Assembly: GCF_000017305.1 (NCBI RefSeq)
Contig: NC_009664.2
Span: 2,130,001 to 2,162,000, forward strand
DNA: 32,000 bases
Origin: Kineococcus radiotolerans SRS30216 = ATCC BAA-149
GTDB taxonomy: Bacteria > Actinomycetota > Actinomycetes > Actinomycetales > Kineococcaceae
Direction: 5' to 3'
Position 1 is the stretch's first letter. The number at the start of each line of letters is the position of its first letter. Of this stretch, positions 30,513-32,000 are shown piece after piece. The position numbers and the translations under genes were made by a program. The notes beneath the pieces are model-generated. The model was not told the DNA's origin and made no database searches. It was given only the letters and a program-made list of their open reading frames with translations.

Positions 30513-31400
30513 TCACTTCAGCAGGCGCGACAGCCTGCGGTCGGCCAGGACCTTCCCGCCGGTCTGGCAGGTGGCGCAGTACTGCATCGACCGGTCGGCG
30601 AACGACACCTCGCGCACGGTGTCCCCGCAGACCGGGCAGGGCAGACCCGCCCGGCCGTGCACGCGCAGACCCGCCCGCTTGGCGTCCTTGAGCTCCTTCG
30701 CGGGTTTCCCGCTCGCCGCGGCCACGGCGTCCAGCAGCGTCGTCCGCAGCGCGTCGTAGAGGCGTTCCACGTCGGGCGCGGGCAGCTTCCCCGCGATGGC
30801 GTAGGGGGAGAGCCGGGCGACGTGCAGGACCTCGTCGGAGTAGGCGTTGCCCACCCCGGCCAGCACCGACTGGTCGCGCAGCAGGCCCTTGACCTGCTGG
30901 CGCGACCCCGCCAGCAGCGAGGCGAACGCGGCCTCGTCGAAGGCGTCGTCCAGCGGGTCGGGCCCGAGGGTGGCGATGCCCGGGACCTGCGCGGGGTCGC
31001 GGACGACGTGCACGGCGAGGCGCTTCTGCGTGCCGGCCTCGGTGAGGTCGAACCCCGGGGGGCGGTGGGGGTCCTCGTCGTCCTCGGGGGCGAGCCGGAC
31101 CCGCAGCGCGACGGGGTTCTTCCCCCCGGGCCGCAGCGGCGCCGCCGGCAGGGCGTCGGACCAGCGCACCCAGCCCGCGCGGGACAGGTGGACGGCCAGG
31201 TGCAGGCCGTCGACGTCGACGTCGAGCCACTTGCCGCGCCGGACCACCCCGGCGACGAGCAACCCGCCCAGCGCCGACGGCGGGGGGTCGTAGGTCTTGA
31301 GGACGTTCAGCGCCCCGACCTCGACGCGGGCCACGACCCGGCCCACGAGCCGCTCGCGCAGGAAGGTGGCGAGCGCTTCGACCTCGGGCAGTTCCGGCAC
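30513..31400 (-). CDS. Fpg/Nei-family DNA glycosylase/AP lyase (endonuclease VIII-like)
   Basis: Track ORF is 30513..31418. I moved the start to GTG 31400 so that the mature N-terminus is PELPEVEA, the catalytic Pro2/Glu3. The H2TH motif is LLRDQSVLAGVGNAYSDEVLHVARLSP. The C-terminal zinc finger is CPVCGDTVREVSFADRSMQYCATCQTGG. Confidence 0.9.
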   Translation of the reverse strand: MPELPEVEALATFLRERLVGRVVARVEVGALNVLKTYDPPPSALGGLLVAGVVRRGKWLDVDVDGLHLAVHLSRAGWVRWSDALPAAPLRPGGKNPVALRVRLAPEDDEDPHRPPGFDLTEAGTQKRLAVHVVRDPAQVPGIATLGPDPLDDAFDEAAFASLLAGSRQQVKGLLRDQSVLAGVGNAYSDEVLHVARLSPYAIAGKLPAPDVERLYDALRTTLLDAVAAASGKPAKELKDAKRAGLRVHGRAGLPCPVCGDTVREVSFADRSMQYCATCQTGGKVLADRRLSRLLK

Positions 31401-31495
31401 CGGGCCAGTGTGGTGCACCGCGGCCCGCCCGGCGAGGTCTTCGGCGCACCGCGCTCGCCGACGACGGTCGTCCGAAAGCGTGGAGACGTTGCCCC

Positions 31496-31507
31496 GGAAC
31501 GCGTTCC
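31496..31507. promoter_or_regulatory. 12-nt perfect palindrome GGAACGCGTTCC within overlapping CCCGGAAC direct repeats; candidate operator in a divergent intergenic region
   Basis: ggaacgcgttcc is its own reverse complement. cccggaac occurs at 31493-31500 and 31506-31513. It lies 43 nt upstream of the UPF0016 start and 96 nt upstream of the nei-like start. Confidence 0.3.
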
Positions 31508-31549
31508 CGGAACTTTCGCGGCCCGGGCCCGGCGTGGTCTCGTGCTCGG

Positions 31550-32000
31550 GTGGATCCCGCCGTCTTCGCCGCCAGCTTCCTGCCGATCCTGCTGCTGGAG
31601 CTGCCCGACAAGACCTTCGTCGCCACCCTCGTCCTCGCGACGCGGTTCCGCCCGCTGACGGCCTGGACCGGGGTGGGGCTGGCCTTCGCCGTCCAGAGCC
31701 TCATCGCCGTCGTGGCCGGGCGGTTGCTCGCCCAGCTCCCGGACCGCCCGGTGGCCGCGGTGGCGGCCCTGCTCTTCGCGGTCGGCGCCTTCACCCTGTT
31801 CCGGGGGGCGGCGAAGGCGCGGCAGGCCGAGGAGGACGCCCTGCACGAGTACGAGCGGAAGGTGCGGGGCGGGCGGACGGGGCTGCGCGCGGTCGCGGCC
31901 TGCTTCGGGGTCGTCTTCCTCGCGGAGTGGGGCGACCTGTCGCAGCTGTTCACCGCGGGGCTGGCCGCCCGCTACGAGGACCCGGTCTCGGTCTTCGCCG
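31550..32000 (+). CDS. UPF0016 (GDT1/TMEM165/MneA-type) putative Mn2+/Ca2+ transporter; 3' end runs off the right window edge
   Basis: It is not in the ORF track because it has no in-window stop. Translation from GTG 31550 reads VDPAVFAASFLPILLLELPDKTFVATLVLATRF...GLAFAVQSLIAVVAG...AALLFAVGAFTLF...LRAVAACFGVVFLAEWGDLSQLFTAGLAA. These are two hydrophobic repeats, each carrying an E-x-G-D-(K/R)-(T/S)-like motif (ELPDKT and EWGDLS). There is no in-frame start upstream for more than 100 nt. Confidence 0.8.
   Translation, partial: MDPAVFAASFLPILLLELPDKTFVATLVLATRFRPLTAWTGVGLAFAVQSLIAVVAGRLLAQLPDRPVAAVAALLFAVGAFTLFRGAAKARQAEEDALHEYERKVRGGRTGLRAVAACFGVVFLAEWGDLSQLFTAGLAARYEDPVSVFA

Noticed and set aside
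31401-31549. yybP-ykoY Mn2+ riboswitch ahead of the UPF0016 gene
   Set aside because: The conserved GGGGAGUAG and UUGACAUA-type elements are absent, and 149 nt shared with a divergent promoter leaves little room. A covariance-model search would be needed to exclude it formally.
1-32000. Mobile element, prophage, genomic-island or defence-island signatures
   Set aside because: There is no transposase, integrase, recombinase, tRNA attachment site, terminal inverted repeat pair or GC-skewed block. The only relatively AT-rich patch is about 190 nt. The two helicase-like genes belong to housekeeping-type families (SftH, HelD), not to known defence cassettes.

Overview
This is a 32-kb stretch of very GC-rich chromosome (about 73-75% GC by eye, with third codon positions almost all G/C), typical of an actinobacterium. 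A Kineococcus-like origin is only a guess.

I can support 25 protein-coding genes, two of them cut by the window edges. I found no rRNA, tRNA, CRISPR array, transposase, integrase or phage genes, so this looks like core chromosome rather than a mobile island.

Many ORF-track entries are GC-driven artefacts. These are Arg/Pro/Gly/Ala-rich ORFs of 500-1700 aa lying antisense to, or out of frame with, real genes. Several real genes are only the C-terminal part of an over-extended track ORF, and I re-set their starts using SD-like purine-rich tracts, signal peptides and family knowledge.

Gene content, left to right:
- A ThDP-dependent keto-acid decarboxylase divergent from an Lrp/AsnC regulator.
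- A Tat-exported multidomain PhoA-type alkaline phosphatase.
- A run of 12 genes all on the minus strand (4289-20408): GAF-GGDEF-GAF-EAL, TPR-like GGDEF, a VOC-like protein, an FAD oxidoreductase, an aldo/keto reductase, a class-V aminotransferase, an SftH/Ski2-like helicase, a LuxR regulator, a GT87 GT-C membrane glycosyltransferase, a GpgS-like GT-A, a GAF-PAS-GAF-PP2C phosphatase and an RsbW-like kinase.
- gpgS, a rhodanese and prs.
- A HelD/HelR-like ATPase divergent from an SSI-fold lipoprotein.
- A Tat-exported ferritin-like (desiccation-related-type) protein paired with an anchor-only CWB2 wall-binding protein.
- An OKR-type PLP decarboxylase and two small orphan ORFs.
- An Fpg/Nei glycosylase divergent from a UPF0016 transporter.

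The most unusual items:
1. A PP2C/kinase signalling pair packed directly onto a GpgS-like GT-A plus GT-C pair, mirrored by the true gpgS.
2. The secreted ferritin-like/CWB2 pair behind a long, relatively AT-rich leader.
3. A 44-bp perfect palindrome plus a 15-nt tandem repeat at the GT87 stop codon.
4. A short intergenic repeat family (C-tract + GACCACCGG).

None of these is proven to be a new system from sequence alone.
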